Source: a virus. From it: a stretch of DNA of 64,000 nucleotides. Within the stretch, counting starts at the first letter, position 1. Each line of letters opens with the position of its first letter. This document shows, in pieces, positions 44,294-53,907 of this stretch. The position numbers and the translations under genes are program-made. Under the pieces are notes generated by a model. That model made no database searches, was not told the DNA's origin, and worked only from the letters and a program-made list of their open reading frames with translations. The stretch lies in IMG/VR virus record IMGVR_UViG_3300018080_000100. One strand, given 5' to 3'.

Positions 44294-47076
44294 CGCTCAC
44301 CTCCAATCACCGTGAGTTGGCGTCGGGAAGAACGACATCGTTCGATTTGCTTATTCCACCAAGAGTCTATGATGAACCACCCAATGTCTCCATTATATTC
44401 GCATTCGCAGTCGAGCGCATTGCCCATTTTGAATGCGTCGGTGACCTTGCCCGGGTCCGCAAGCGCTAAATTTCGTTTGAGAAGCGCGTGGTCCAGGACC
44501 GTTCGGGACAGGAAAACACCAGGAGCGCGGTCCGCCTCGGCTATCCGTATGATCGTTGGCATCTTGTACTTATGTGCTTCTTCGGCGTGGCAGAAGCGCA
44601 CCGCGCCGTCTTCGATGAAGCTGTACAGCAGTTGCACAAGCTGGCCGGCCCGACACGTTTCTGAGTCGGAACCGTCGTCGATCAGACGCACACCTTCGTG
44701 TACCACCTGCGGATCACCCAGCCTGGACATCATCTCGGTCATGCTATCAGCGACACCATAAATGTGCTCGCGACACCCGGCCAGGCGCAACTTGTCCACG
44801 CACAACCACTTGAGCCACAGCGGCAATACCAGCGGGCCGTACATACTGATTTCGGGACCAGGCTGTATCGGACTTTCGTCCTGGATGAAGCGCCAGGCGT
44901 CCAGCGTACCCGCCAGCCGCGCCCATGGCTCCGTCATATGGACGATCGTATTGCGCGTGTAGTCGCCGTTGAACAGTGTGCTCATCAGGCGCCGCGACGC
45001 TGCGCTGGCGTCGAGGTTGAGGATCAGTGGCCAGTTGTGCTGCTGCAGGATATCCTCGATCTTGTGGGCCGTACGGGTGCTATCCATGCTCTTGTGCCCA
45101 CCGATACGAAACTCTTGACAACCACTTGCCCGGGCGCTCGCACGCCCAACCATCAGCGCTCCGTGTCCAATCAGTCCGAGTCCGGATATTCTCCGGCCCG
45201 TCGCGGGTGCTACTATGTTTGCACCAAGGCAGACCGTGGACGCCCAGAACAAGCGGTTTGCAGGCGTATCGCGCAATAACGGCACGATTTTCGATGGGGT
45301 AGCGGGAGCGCCCAGGTTTTTGCCTGGCGCCCACTCATCAACGACGTGTGAGGGATCGTCGACGACTTCGCCACCTACGTGTATCGAAAACTGCGGTAGC
45401 GCGAAACAAGAATCCTTCGGTTTCCATCCGAATTTTCCGTCCTCCTTGATTACTTCTGGCTCGTGGAATTGCCGCGCGATGTCTAGCAGATATGCGTTCC
45501 ACCCGCGCTTAACAACCACCAGCTTACCTGCGGCGGCGAGCAGCTTCTTGCGAAGCCAAACGCCTGGGTTTTTGTCGATGGTGTCCATTGCTTCCTGGAA
45601 TGGATACTCATCACCCTTATATAGAATGCGGCCGTTGCAGTACACATCAGCGTCCGGGTCGTCAGTGCATAACACCTTCTCGATCCTGATGATCGCGTTG
45701 GAGATGCACTCGCTCGCCTCAGACTTGACCGACATGTACCAACCTTCGTCCGACTCTATAACCTCTTTGCCGTTGATCCGTGCTGTACCAACCAGCCGGA
45801 CCCTACGTTTGTTACGATCGATTAGCTGTTTGATATCGTCTGCGCACGTGGCGACGAACGACTGCATTTGCTCTGGGGCAATCTCCAACCGGCCCAGCAG
45901 GGCCACAGCCTTGTCTTCTGGCAGCGTGCGCAAGGCGTGCTCCAGCGAGGCTGTCCAGTGTACGGCGTTCTTGTGAATCAAGTTCAGCCATACGTGCGGA
46001 GGCTTACGTCCCAGATATGTAGGTGTCTTGCTGATGCAGATCATCCCGTCGGCACGGGCTGCCATGTTGAACAGGTCTGCCGTCAGCGTAGCGCCCCAGA
46101 ACGTGAAGTGCTTGTCCGGCCGCGTACGCCAGATGTCGTGTGCGACCAGCTCGCAGAGGCGTGTGATGCGCTTCACCTTGGCGTTGTACGTCCCCACCAC
46201 AGGTAGGGGGAGATCTGACTCCCGCATGTGCCGTGCCTGCAGCTTCAGCGCATGGACCGGGTCGTTGAACACGAAGATACGGTCACCGAAACGATCCCGG
46301 TGTGCAGTCTGCGAATCCAGCACGTCGTACATACACAGACCAGACTCCACTTGCGGCCTGTTCGACCCCTCGCCGTCGATAATGTGGTAGGCGTAGTCCG
46401 TGTCGCGCCTGCCCTGCCGCCCGATGAATAGCCAGCCCGAGCATTGCCCGGGCAGCGTATGGAACGGAATGGTAAGCACGTCACGCCAGCCTTTGCCCTT
46501 GAAGAATCGTGCGCCCTTCTTCATCTTGTGCCAGTCGTCGTGCGGTTTGAAGAAGGTCTGGTAGACCCTGAGCCGGTCAGCCCCGCCCATAAACCGGCCC
46601 ATACGTTTCGGCCAGTAGGGCTTCAGCTGGTCCGCTGGCAGCCCTGTTTGCTGCAATATGAAGTTGACCTTCACGTGCCCCTCGCTGATAGCCTCGCGAG
46701 CATCGTCGAGCAGCTTGACGCAGTTCTCCTGCATCCCGAGCACCTGCTTCTCGTACTTCGCCACGAACTCTGGCGCAGACCGTTCTTCAGGGATCGTACA
46801 GCCCGCGGTCACAAGCTTGCGCACCGCCAGCTGTATGGAGCAGTCCCAGTGGCTTGCTGCCAGTGATATCATGTCCCCTTTGGAATGACAGTCGGGACAG
46901 TGGTGCCAATTACCGCCGAACCTGGTATCATTGAATACAGTCAACCGGCGCCCGTGGCACAACGGGCATTCGGTCAACAGCGGTATAGGTCCCTCGCGCG
47001 TCGTGACGCCTAATAGCGGCAGCACTTGATGGTAGTCGACGTGGCTGTTTAGCGATCTGCGCTTCTGGGACATCAC
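44290..47076 (-). CDS. DNA primase (DnaG-type CHC2 zinc finger) / large replication protein
   Basis: 928 aa; N-terminal CPLCHGRRLTVFNDTRFGGNWHHCPDCHSKGDMISLAASHWD matches the DnaG zinc-ribbon (CxxCH…HCxxC…G..I.F); large downstream domains consistent with a primase-polymerase/helicase loader. Confidence 0.5.
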   Translation of the reverse strand: MMSQKRRSLNSHVDYHQVLPLLGVTTREGPIPLLTECPLCHGRRLTVFNDTRFGGNWHHCPDCHSKGDMISLAASHWDCSIQLAVRKLVTAGCTIPEERSAPEFVAKYEKQVLGMQENCVKLLDDAREAISEGHVKVNFILQQTGLPADQLKPYWPKRMGRFMGGADRLRVYQTFFKPHDDWHKMKKGARFFKGKGWRDVLTIPFHTLPGQCSGWLFIGRQGRRDTDYAYHIIDGEGSNRPQVESGLCMYDVLDSQTAHRDRFGDRIFVFNDPVHALKLQARHMRESDLPLPVVGTYNAKVKRITRLCELVAHDIWRTRPDKHFTFWGATLTADLFNMAARADGMICISKTPTYLGRKPPHVWLNLIHKNAVHWTASLEHALRTLPEDKAVALLGRLEIAPEQMQSFVATCADDIKQLIDRNKRRVRLVGTARINGKEVIESDEGWYMSVKSEASECISNAIIRIEKVLCTDDPDADVYCNGRILYKGDEYPFQEAMDTIDKNPGVWLRKKLLAAAGKLVVVKRGWNAYLLDIARQFHEPEVIKEDGKFGWKPKDSCFALPQFSIHVGGEVVDDPSHVVDEWAPGKNLGAPATPSKIVPLLRDTPANRLFWASTVCLGANIVAPATGRRISGLGLIGHGALMVGRASARASGCQEFRIGGHKSMDSTRTAHKIEDILQQHNWPLILNLDASAASRRLMSTLFNGDYTRNTIVHMTEPWARLAGTLDAWRFIQDESPIQPGPEISMYGPLVLPLWLKWLCVDKLRLAGCREHIYGVADSMTEMMSRLGDPQVVHEGVRLIDDGSDSETCRAGQLVQLLYSFIEDGAVRFCHAEEAHKYKMPTIIRIAEADRAPGVFLSRTVLDHALLKRNLALADPGKVTDAFKMGNALDCECEYNGDIGWFIIDSWWNKQIERCRSSRRQLTVIGGER

Positions 47077-47101
47077 AACCTCCGGTACAGGAACCTGAAC
47101 T

Positions 47102-48325
47102 ATGTCTACCGTACACGATCAGACCGTCGATTTGAATGGCCAAGAGCTGCATCGCATCCTCTCTATCTACCCGCTCCCGGACTTCGTGAAGAACGCGAGC
47201 CGGCAGGATGTTTGCGGTGACGACACGCTCCCGCCACATCTGTTTGCCGATATTACTCGTCGGCGCTACCCGATCCACTCTGGCCCGGCCACCGTCATCT
47301 CGTCCGTGTTCTTCCAGGAGAAGAAGGCCGCGATGAACCCGCATCAGGCCGCCCTGATCGAGAGCAAACTGGACAAGGCCGCCGAATACTTCAAGGTGGG
47401 CGGCTACATCCGCCGGCTTACCGAGAAGGTCGCTGAGGCCGCCACGTATGACGAGACTGCGCTACAGGATGGAACATTCGCCATCGTGTTCGAGCGCGCT
47501 GACGGGACCAAGGAGCGCCACTACCCGATGCGCAACGTCCCGGAAGTGAAGACAGCGGCCGTCTGGTTGCGCGACCACCGCGACGAGCTGCCCTTCGAGG
47601 ACCGTCGGCAGATCGCCAACAAGATCCTCGAGAAGGCTGCAGAGTTCGGCGCAGGGTTGCCCGAGCACCGATACATGCTGGAGAAAACGGCTGGTCTCGG
47701 CGCGTGCTCCGGGAAAGACGCAGCCAAACTGATCCGCACGCGTATTTTCGCTGCAGGCAGCACGCACCGGCCGAGCCAGGTCCAGCAGGAGCTGGAGAAG
47801 CTGGCCAAGCTGTGCGAGGAGAGCCCGCAGGCTATTCATCATTTCTCCTCCCTGACGAAGATCGCGTCGATCGTGGATCAGTTCGACCACGAGCACGGCC
47901 TTCAGGGCAAGTACGATGACGTCATCGAGCGCCCGGAGGATGTGTTGTTCGCCGTCACCGCAAAGGCAGCGGCTGATGTCGACGATGACATCGTTGGGAA
48001 CGTGCTGACCGGCAACTACTACAAGAAGGCCGATCTGCAGACCCTTCCGATCAGGGACCTGGCCGACAACCTGGGCGACGATTTCGCACAGGAAGTCAGC
48101 ACGGCAGGCGCCTGGGTCGACATCGAGAAGCTGGCGAGCATCGTGCCGACGCTGCCGCTCGGAGACGCCGAGCTGTTCGACGAGGTCGCATCCGCGGCTG
48201 GCGTAACGCCGTTCGCCACGAAGTCAGCCTCCGTCGGAATGTCGATCTCGGCAGCAGAGCAGATCGCTATGAGCAACCAGCACAAGGCTGCGCCTGGTAG
48301 CCTGTGGGCACGCGCCAAGCGCTAA
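47102..48325 (+). CDS. hypothetical protein
   Basis: 407-aa ORF on the plus strand; no motif. Confidence 0.4.
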   Translation: MSTVHDQTVDLNGQELHRILSIYPLPDFVKNASRQDVCGDDTLPPHLFADITRRRYPIHSGPATVISSVFFQEKKAAMNPHQAALIESKLDKAAEYFKVGGYIRRLTEKVAEAATYDETALQDGTFAIVFERADGTKERHYPMRNVPEVKTAAVWLRDHRDELPFEDRRQIANKILEKAAEFGAGLPEHRYMLEKTAGLGACSGKDAAKLIRTRIFAAGSTHRPSQVQQELEKLAKLCEESPQAIHHFSSLTKIASIVDQFDHEHGLQGKYDDVIERPEDVLFAVTAKAAADVDDDIVGNVLTGNYYKKADLQTLPIRDLADNLGDDFAQEVSTAGAWVDIEKLASIVPTLPLGDAELFDEVASAAGVTPFATKSASVGMSISAAEQIAMSNQHKAAPGSLWARAKR

Positions 48326-48594
48326 TCGTCCTCGACGGCTGATCCGTACTCAACGCGGGGCTCGGCGAATTGGATTCGGGACATTGTGGCGCGCCGCATA
48401 AGCTCGCCGATAGCCTCTATCCAGTCGGCCTCGCTTGGCTCGCCCGGCATCTCCACTGGGCCGATGCAGTTGTACGTATGCGCGTAGCAGTCGTCGATGT
48501 GCGCCTGGGCCTCCTCCTCCGTATCGAACGTCGAAGGATACCATTCGGTCGACGCACCGCCTTGTTGCACTACGATGTAGATATGGTCACTCAT
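48322..48594 (-). CDS. hypothetical acidic protein
   Basis: 90-aa ORF. Confidence 0.35.
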   Translation of the reverse strand: MSDHIYIVVQQGGASTEWYPSTFDTEEEAQAHIDDCYAHTYNCIGPVEMPGEPSEADWIEAIGELMRRATMSRIQFAEPRVEYGSAVEDD

Positions 48595-48878
48595 AATTTC
48601 AACCTCTCATCGCGGACAGTGGGCGCTGGAGGCACACGATGGCACGGCGAGGCCTCTATGGCCTTCATATTGGCCAGCTTCTCCTCCAGCTTTTTGATCA
48701 CATGATCAATATGTTCACGGCACATCCGTGCGCACTCTTCCTCAGAGGTGCACCACTTGTTCGCACCCTTATACATGCGGGTCACGCCGCCGCGTTCCTT
48801 TAGGAACAGGCAGTGCTTCGTCTCGTGGTCCAAGTGGTACACCTCTACGCGCGGCGCACCCATGTGCGACGCATACAT
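48591..48878 (-). CDS. hypothetical protein
   Basis: Start refined to MYASHMGAPRVEVYHLD…, downstream of the GA(C/A)-rich repeat region. Confidence 0.3.
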   Translation of the reverse strand: MYASHMGAPRVEVYHLDHETKHCLFLKERGGVTRMYKGANKWCTSEEECARMCREHIDHVIKKLEEKLANMKAIEASPCHRVPPAPTVRDERLKL

Positions 48879-48900
48879 GACGTAGATGCGGGTCGGTTCG

Positions 48901-49095
48901 TCAGTCGTACTCGTCGTCGAAGTCATCCTCGTCCTCGTCGTCGAAGTCGTCGTCCCAATCGTCGTCGAAGTCGTCGTCTTCGTCGTCGTCCCAGTCGTCA
49001 TCATCATCGTCCGGGTCCACGTCGAAGTCGTCCTCTAGCTCGAAGTCGTCGTCAAGCCTCGGGGACGTTGTGGGTGGGTCTAGGGTCATCGGCAT
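48901..49095 (-). CDS. highly acidic D/E-repeat small protein (DNA-mimic-like)
   Basis: 64 aa; AAGGAG upstream; ~70% Asp/Glu punctuated by W/F (DDDDDWDDDEDDDFDDDWDDDFDDEDEDDFDDEYD). Confidence 0.4.
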   Translation of the reverse strand: MPMTLDPPTTSPRLDDDFELEDDFDVDPDDDDDDWDDDEDDDFDDDWDDDFDDEDEDDFDDEYD

Positions 49096-49318
49096 TTTGA
49101 ATCTCCTTGAATTCCCTGGGCAGCCTGGCAAAGGTTCGGAGCGCGAATAACACCAACAGCGCCAAGGCCGTGTGTGTACACGTCTTGTCGCTGCCCGCAA
49201 TCCACAAACCGACCTGAACACCAAACAACCCAATCGTTGCCAGAATGAGCAGCAGGGACTGTATGACAGGCACCGTACATAGCTCACCGATTATCGAAAG
49301 CGTTTTCGGGGGCTGCAT
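49052..49318 (-). CDS. small membrane protein
   Basis: 88 aa; AAGGAGGG upstream; two TM helices. Confidence 0.4.
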   Translation of the reverse strand: MQPPKTLSIIGELCTVPVIQSLLLILATIGLFGVQVGLWIAGSDKTCTHTALALLVLFALRTFARLPREFKEIQNADDPRPTHNVPEA

Positions 49319-49328
49319 GGCGCCCTCC

Positions 49329-49868
49329 TTACGAATCAGAGATGAACCCGCGATGCTCGTGGAGCATCTCGGTCACGGGTAGTATTTCTTCAAGACCAGC
49401 CAGTTGGCGCTTCATCCTGCGGTCGTAGAGTACCACGTTCACAGCAGCTGCCAGGTTCAGGCAGTGGGCGGCCGGTATGGCCAGGAACCGGTGACAATGA
49501 CGCAGAGTGACAGAACCTAGGCTGCCGTCCTCCGGACCGAACACGTAGAGCGCGTTCTCCGGATGTTCAAAGGTCGTAAGCAGCTCGGACGACTTGTTCA
49601 GCTCGACAGCCACTGGCGTAACATCGCCGTTGTACCTGTCGAAGAACCGGTCATCGTTGATGATCTGTACGTCCTTGTAGCCTTTCATGCGCTCTTCGCG
49701 CGGAAGGCGATAACCCTCATGCGGCTCAAGGGGCACACGGTCCCCTGTGAACCACAATTGGGTTGCGCCAAAACAGGAGCACGCACGAAGCGTGGATCCC
49801 ACGTTATGCGGAAACTTCGGCCGGATCAGCGCAACTGCCGGCGTCACTCCCTTCGGAGGGCGCTTCAT
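49329..49868 (-). CDS. SpoU/TrmH-family RNA 2'-O-methyltransferase (SPOUT)
   Basis: 179 aa; motifs ALIRPKFPHNVGSTLRACSCFGA, YVFGPEDGSL and AIPAAHCLNLAAAVNVVLYD match the TrmH/TrmL SPOUT signature. Confidence 0.6.
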   Translation of the reverse strand: MKRPPKGVTPAVALIRPKFPHNVGSTLRACSCFGATQLWFTGDRVPLEPHEGYRLPREERMKGYKDVQIINDDRFFDRYNGDVTPVAVELNKSSELLTTFEHPENALYVFGPEDGSLGSVTLRHCHRFLAIPAAHCLNLAAAVNVVLYDRRMKRQLAGLEEILPVTEMLHEHRGFISDS

Positions 49869-50673
49869 CGTTTACCTCGTTGTCCGTGGTGGCCATGGCC
49901 GCAACAGCTCGGCCTTCCTGCTCAAGCTGCGCCCGCTCCGTTGCCGACAACGGGGTGTGTACTGGCAGCGTGCACGCCGCATCGATCAGCTGAATCGCCA
50001 ACCTGACGTTCTCATCGACGGGCGGGTTGCATCCGGGATGCGTATCACCGGCCATAGCCAACACTGAGAAATGCGACTCTCCGCTCAGCATGTACCGATA
50101 AGCGTAGCGGATCGCGTCCACGGCGGCTGGGATCGCCAGCGTCGGCAGCTGTGTGTTGACCAGCGTGCTCCACGGGTATTGGAGCGGCCGGCCGCCTGGT
50201 GACAGCAATGTGCGCATGCCGGCAAACGACATGTTACGGCGGGCGTCGCCCTCCCATGGCGCTGTGCGGAACAGCATGTGTGCGGCGATTTTGCCCGGCA
50301 CACGGATGGCACGCAAAGCAGCCACCGTCTTACCGAGATTCTTGTTCCACGGGTCCGTCGGATGCCGCACGGCGCCGCCAACGTGGATCGACGGCGTGCC
50401 TGTGGCGTTTTCAATGTCGGACTGCAAGAAGAACGCCAGGCCGGCCGTAATCTTCACGGTGGTGCGCCCACGGCCGCTGGGCATCAGGCCGTTGATATTA
50501 TCGAATTTGCCCAACGGCGCGCTATAGACGGGCTGCATGTACCGGATGAACAAATGCTTGCCGAACGACTTCTCCTCGACGTGCGCTAGCGCCCGGCGGC
50601 ACAACTCCGTAATGTCCGCCTTTGTCTTGGCAGTCTCCAAGCCGGTACGGACGATTTCACCTAGATCCGTCAT
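49804..50673 (-). CDS. hypothetical protein
   Basis: 289-aa ORF; its 3' end overlaps the SpoU ORF start by ~65 nt. Confidence 0.35.
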   Translation of the reverse strand: MTDLGEIVRTGLETAKTKADITELCRRALAHVEEKSFGKHLFIRYMQPVYSAPLGKFDNINGLMPSGRGRTTVKITAGLAFFLQSDIENATGTPSIHVGGAVRHPTDPWNKNLGKTVAALRAIRVPGKIAAHMLFRTAPWEGDARRNMSFAGMRTLLSPGGRPLQYPWSTLVNTQLPTLAIPAAVDAIRYAYRYMLSGESHFSVLAMAGDTHPGCNPPVDENVRLAIQLIDAACTLPVHTPLSATERAQLEQEGRAVAAMATTDNEVNDEAPSEGSDAGSCADPAEVSA

Positions 50674-50760
50674 GGATCTGACCTCCTTATTCGTAGTGAA
50701 AACCCGCCGCCCCGAAGGGGCGACGGGCCACCGTGCGGGTTCAGGACACGGATGAGTGTG

Positions 50761-51699
50761 TTACTGAGTCGCGGGCGCGTGTCGAATGGTTTCGATCGAC
50801 TCCCGCATCATAGCGGTGTTCATCGTGGCCTGGTTGATCGCCTCGTAAGGCATAATGAAGACCACGTTGTTCTCGCCCTTGGCCATTTCGGTGGAGACGT
50901 TTTCCATCACCTCCATCTGGCGCCACGATAAGTACGATGGCGTCAGCGACTTGGCCAAGATACCGTTTTCGTCCGCCTGGGCTTGCGCCCGGATCATACG
51001 GACTTTTGCCAATTCCGTTTCTATTCCGGCCCGCCGTTGTGCTTCCGCCATTTCGGCCTCAGCCAGGGCTGCCTTCCGTTGATCTTCCAGCTCGGCATTC
51101 TTGATAGCGTTCCGTTGCTGGATAACGACCGGCGGATAGTCGATGTTGGAGACCAACACCGCCGATACGTTCAGCGGGTACTTCAGCGCGGTCAGTCGTT
51201 TGCGTACGTCCGCCGATAGATCCGCCTCGATCTTCAATCTGTTAGGCCGGATGTCATCGGTTTCGTACGTGCTAACGATATTGCGCGTTGACGATCGAAT
51301 GATGTCCCGAACGGTCATCTCGTAGAACTTGTCCAGAGACAGCTCGTGTCCGGCTACCTCAGAGCCGTCTGCTGTCTTAATCGCCGGAACTTTCTCCTTG
51401 ATGAACTCGATCGAATCTTTGTCGACCTGGAACGACAGCACGGCCTTCGTGTCGACGTCCATGTTGATATCGTCCGTACAGAGAATCTTCAGCGTCTCCT
51501 TGTACGACTTCAACTTCTGGTCAACGAAGTACAGCCGATCGCGGCCGTAGGCCTTGTACACGCCCTCGCTGACGATGGTGCTCTCACCGCTTGGGTGGAG
51601 GATGATCACCTTCTTTCCAGGAGGCACGACGCTTCCCATGCACCCGGTCAGTGTCATCACGAAACACGCCAACAAGCTAATCAGAATCAACCTCTTCAT
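50761..51699 (-). CDS. SPFH/band-7 family lipoprotein
   Basis: 312 aa; lipobox MTLTGC; SPFH-like core; C-terminal Ala/Glu coiled coil (AALAEAEMAEAQRRA). Confidence 0.5.
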   Translation of the reverse strand: MKRLILISLLACFVMTLTGCMGSVVPPGKKVIILHPSGESTIVSEGVYKAYGRDRLYFVDQKLKSYKETLKILCTDDINMDVDTKAVLSFQVDKDSIEFIKEKVPAIKTADGSEVAGHELSLDKFYEMTVRDIIRSSTRNIVSTYETDDIRPNRLKIEADLSADVRKRLTALKYPLNVSAVLVSNIDYPPVVIQQRNAIKNAELEDQRKAALAEAEMAEAQRRAGIETELAKVRMIRAQAQADENGILAKSLTPSYLSWRQMEVMENVSTEMAKGENNVVFIMPYEAINQATMNTAMMRESIETIRHAPATQ

Positions 51700-52141
51700 C
51701 GCTCTTCGACTCCTTTCGGTCCTTGAAGAACTGCTCTCGGAAGTCGCCGAGATTTTCCATCTTCTCTTGCTGGATCTCGGTGCCTTCCTTCCGGATCTCC
51801 TCCTTGCGGGTCTCCGGGTTATTTTGGCCTTGGAATAGCTGGCCAGGCTCCACCGACTCTTCCAAAGTGCCGGTAGGGTCTTCCTTCGAGCTGGGGATCA
51901 CCCAGCCCGTCATGACGAACGCCAGTCCCCATAGGATCAGGATCCCTATGAGCACTGGGCCCATCAGACTATGCACCCACTCCCGAATCTGCTCAACGGC
52001 CTCGATGGCGTCCTCGTCACCTTCGGCACGTCCGCGCATCCATTTGAGCGCCAGCTTGGTCAGCAATACTGCGATAAGCCAGCACGCCAATAGGATTAGC
52101 AGCCCGAACAGCAGGCTAGTCCTTACTTCGACTGGTGGCAC
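51677..52141 (-). CDS. membrane protein (GTG start)
   Basis: GTG preceded by AAGGAGG; two TM helices; charged C-terminal tail. Confidence 0.35.
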   Translation of the reverse strand: MPPVEVRTSLLFGLLILLACWLIAVLLTKLALKWMRGRAEGDEDAIEAVEQIREWVHSLMGPVLIGILILWGLAFVMTGWVIPSSKEDPTGTLEESVEPGQLFQGQNNPETRKEEIRKEGTEIQQEKMENLGDFREQFFKDRKESKSDEEVDSD

Positions 52142-52967
52142 GCTTGCCTCCTTTCTTGCGGTCAGTCTTGATACGCCGGTATTCGCGCTGATCGCGCTTC
52201 CGCCGTTGGTTATGAAGCAGTCGGCCCGGACGCCCTCCGAGGGCGCGTCGTACAGGATCTGCAAGTTGCTGCCGCATTAGCCACTTGCGCATCGCTGTCC
52301 AGGTTCCCCACTTCATTCGTTTGCACTGCTCGCGCAGTGCCCACAGGTCGTCGACAGTCAGCCATTTGTAGTCGTCGGATTTATGGGTTCGATGGGCCTG
52401 GATCATTCGGCGGAATGTGCTGGGACGTGCCTGCCGAAACATGTATCGTGCCTCATCCAAATGCCGTAGAACTAGCTTGCTGATGTCGTCGCAACTCTGG
52501 CCGATGTCTTCCCAAGGGTACTTCGGCCTGTCTGATTTGAAGACGGCATTGCCTTTCAGCGCCGTCACTATGCCGTTGTTGGGGCACCACCGCCCGACCA
52601 CGTGCGTAGTTGTGGTCGGCCAAGTCATCATGCCCGGATCGGTCGTCAGCATCTGTAAAGCAACGCCGACGCCGAACGGCTGCGCCCACGAATCCGACAA
52701 CGTGACGTCGCGCGAGAACGCTGCCGAACTGATGTACTCGGATTTCTCCGGGCAAGCTATCCGGACCACCCCTCCCTCGAAAGGGAGAGGAAAGTCCGGA
52801 TATGTTGTTCCGTGCAGCTTCAGCGCCAGCTCGTCGGCGGCATCGATAATGTGCTCGTCCACAGACGGCTCGTGGCGTAACCGCCCGGGGTCGTTTTCTC
52901 GCACAGCCCTGTTGATTACCCCGGCACGGCCGGTTGGATCACAGCTGTTGACCAGCAAAATTGACAT
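52116..52967 (-). CDS. hypothetical protein
   Basis: 283-aa ORF with a basic C-terminus. Confidence 0.4.
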   Translation of the reverse strand: MSILLVNSCDPTGRAGVINRAVRENDPGRLRHEPSVDEHIIDAADELALKLHGTTYPDFPLPFEGGVVRIACPEKSEYISSAAFSRDVTLSDSWAQPFGVGVALQMLTTDPGMMTWPTTTTHVVGRWCPNNGIVTALKGNAVFKSDRPKYPWEDIGQSCDDISKLVLRHLDEARYMFRQARPSTFRRMIQAHRTHKSDDYKWLTVDDLWALREQCKRMKWGTWTAMRKWLMRQQLADPVRRALGGRPGRLLHNQRRKRDQREYRRIKTDRKKGGKRATSRSKD

Positions 52968-53587
52968 TGTTCGCAGTGCCTTTTCGGTTTGATACCGTTC
53001 TCAGCGGGACACACCAAGCATCCATTGATCTTCTTCACGATAGTATCCCGTTTGACCCTGAAAACCAAGTCGCAGTAGTCAGGCACTGATTCGCCGTGTT
53101 CGCATTGCATATAGCAAGAGCGGATCCCGTCGACCGGAGGCACACCATCGATGGAGTGCGTGATCTTGTCGCAGGAAAACCACAGGTGGAAGTTGTCCAC
53201 GTTGGCTAGGTCGATGAGAGCGTCGAGCAGCTTGGCTCGGCGCCATGACCGTGTATATGCATAGAACGTCACGTCTGGGCAGCCTTGCGCGATCTGAATC
53301 CACTTGCGGATGTAGGGCGCGCTGTAGAAATCGCCGGCAACGTGTACTCGTAGTATCTTCAACTCCAGCTGTCTGATCTCGTCGATCATCTTCTTCACGA
53401 AGTCGGGCTCCTTGGACGCGTCCCAGTTGCGCTGATGCGCAGCAGTGACGTTCGTCATCCGAAAGAACCCATTCGTGGCATAACAGTCAGATTCGCATAC
53501 CTCGGTTCTACCTGGGCAGGTCTCTACAGCCAGGATAGAGAAGCATGGAACCTCGCCAAGCTTTGAGTTGCCTGGTCGGATCAGCAA
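52916..53587 (-). CDS. Cys-cluster hypothetical protein
   Basis: 223 aa; N-terminal CPGRTEVCESDC; C-terminal CLVCP…CEQCQFC. Confidence 0.4.
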   Translation of the reverse strand: MLIRPGNSKLGEVPCFSILAVETCPGRTEVCESDCYATNGFFRMTNVTAAHQRNWDASKEPDFVKKMIDEIRQLELKILRVHVAGDFYSAPYIRKWIQIAQGCPDVTFYAYTRSWRRAKLLDALIDLANVDNFHLWFSCDKITHSIDGVPPVDGIRSCYMQCEHGESVPDYCDLVFRVKRDTIVKKINGCLVCPAENGIKPKRHCEQCQFCWSTAVIQPAVPG

Positions 53588-53679
53588 TAGAATTCTCCTG
53601 TACGCACAACGATCTAGTAACGCCGGCGCCGCTCATCGCAGCACCGGCTCCAAGATCAGCGCGACACAGGAGTTGAAGC

Positions 53680-53907
53680 TTAATACGTGTACTCTAAGGC
53701 GGTTGCGGCTACGTCTTCCAGCAGGTCGCTGGCAAACTGCCCGCCGCCGAAACCGGCGACAATCTCATGTCCGCAGCCGGGGCAGCGCCATACGTCACCG
53801 TAATGGTAGGTGGCGGGATGCTCACCCATACCCTCGTCTTTTACGAGGAAGTCGTTCTTGGCGCAACGCATGCTGCGCCGACACGGTACACACACGGGCG
53901 GGGTCAT
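53680..53907 (-). CDS. zinc-ribbon small protein
   Basis: 75 aa with CVPC…CPGCGH. Confidence 0.35.
   Translation of the reverse strand: MTPPVCVPCRRSMRCAKNDFLVKDEGMGEHPATYHYGDVWRCPGCGHEIVAGFGGGQFASDLLEDVAATALEYTY

Noticed and set aside
48591-49007. 138-aa Thr-rich ORF (MMMTTGTTTKTTTSTT…)
   Set aside because: The N-terminal Thr run is the alternative frame of the GAC/GTC repeat, which more plausibly encodes the acidic 64-aa protein with a strong RBS. Only the C-terminal part (48591..48878) was retained as a gene.
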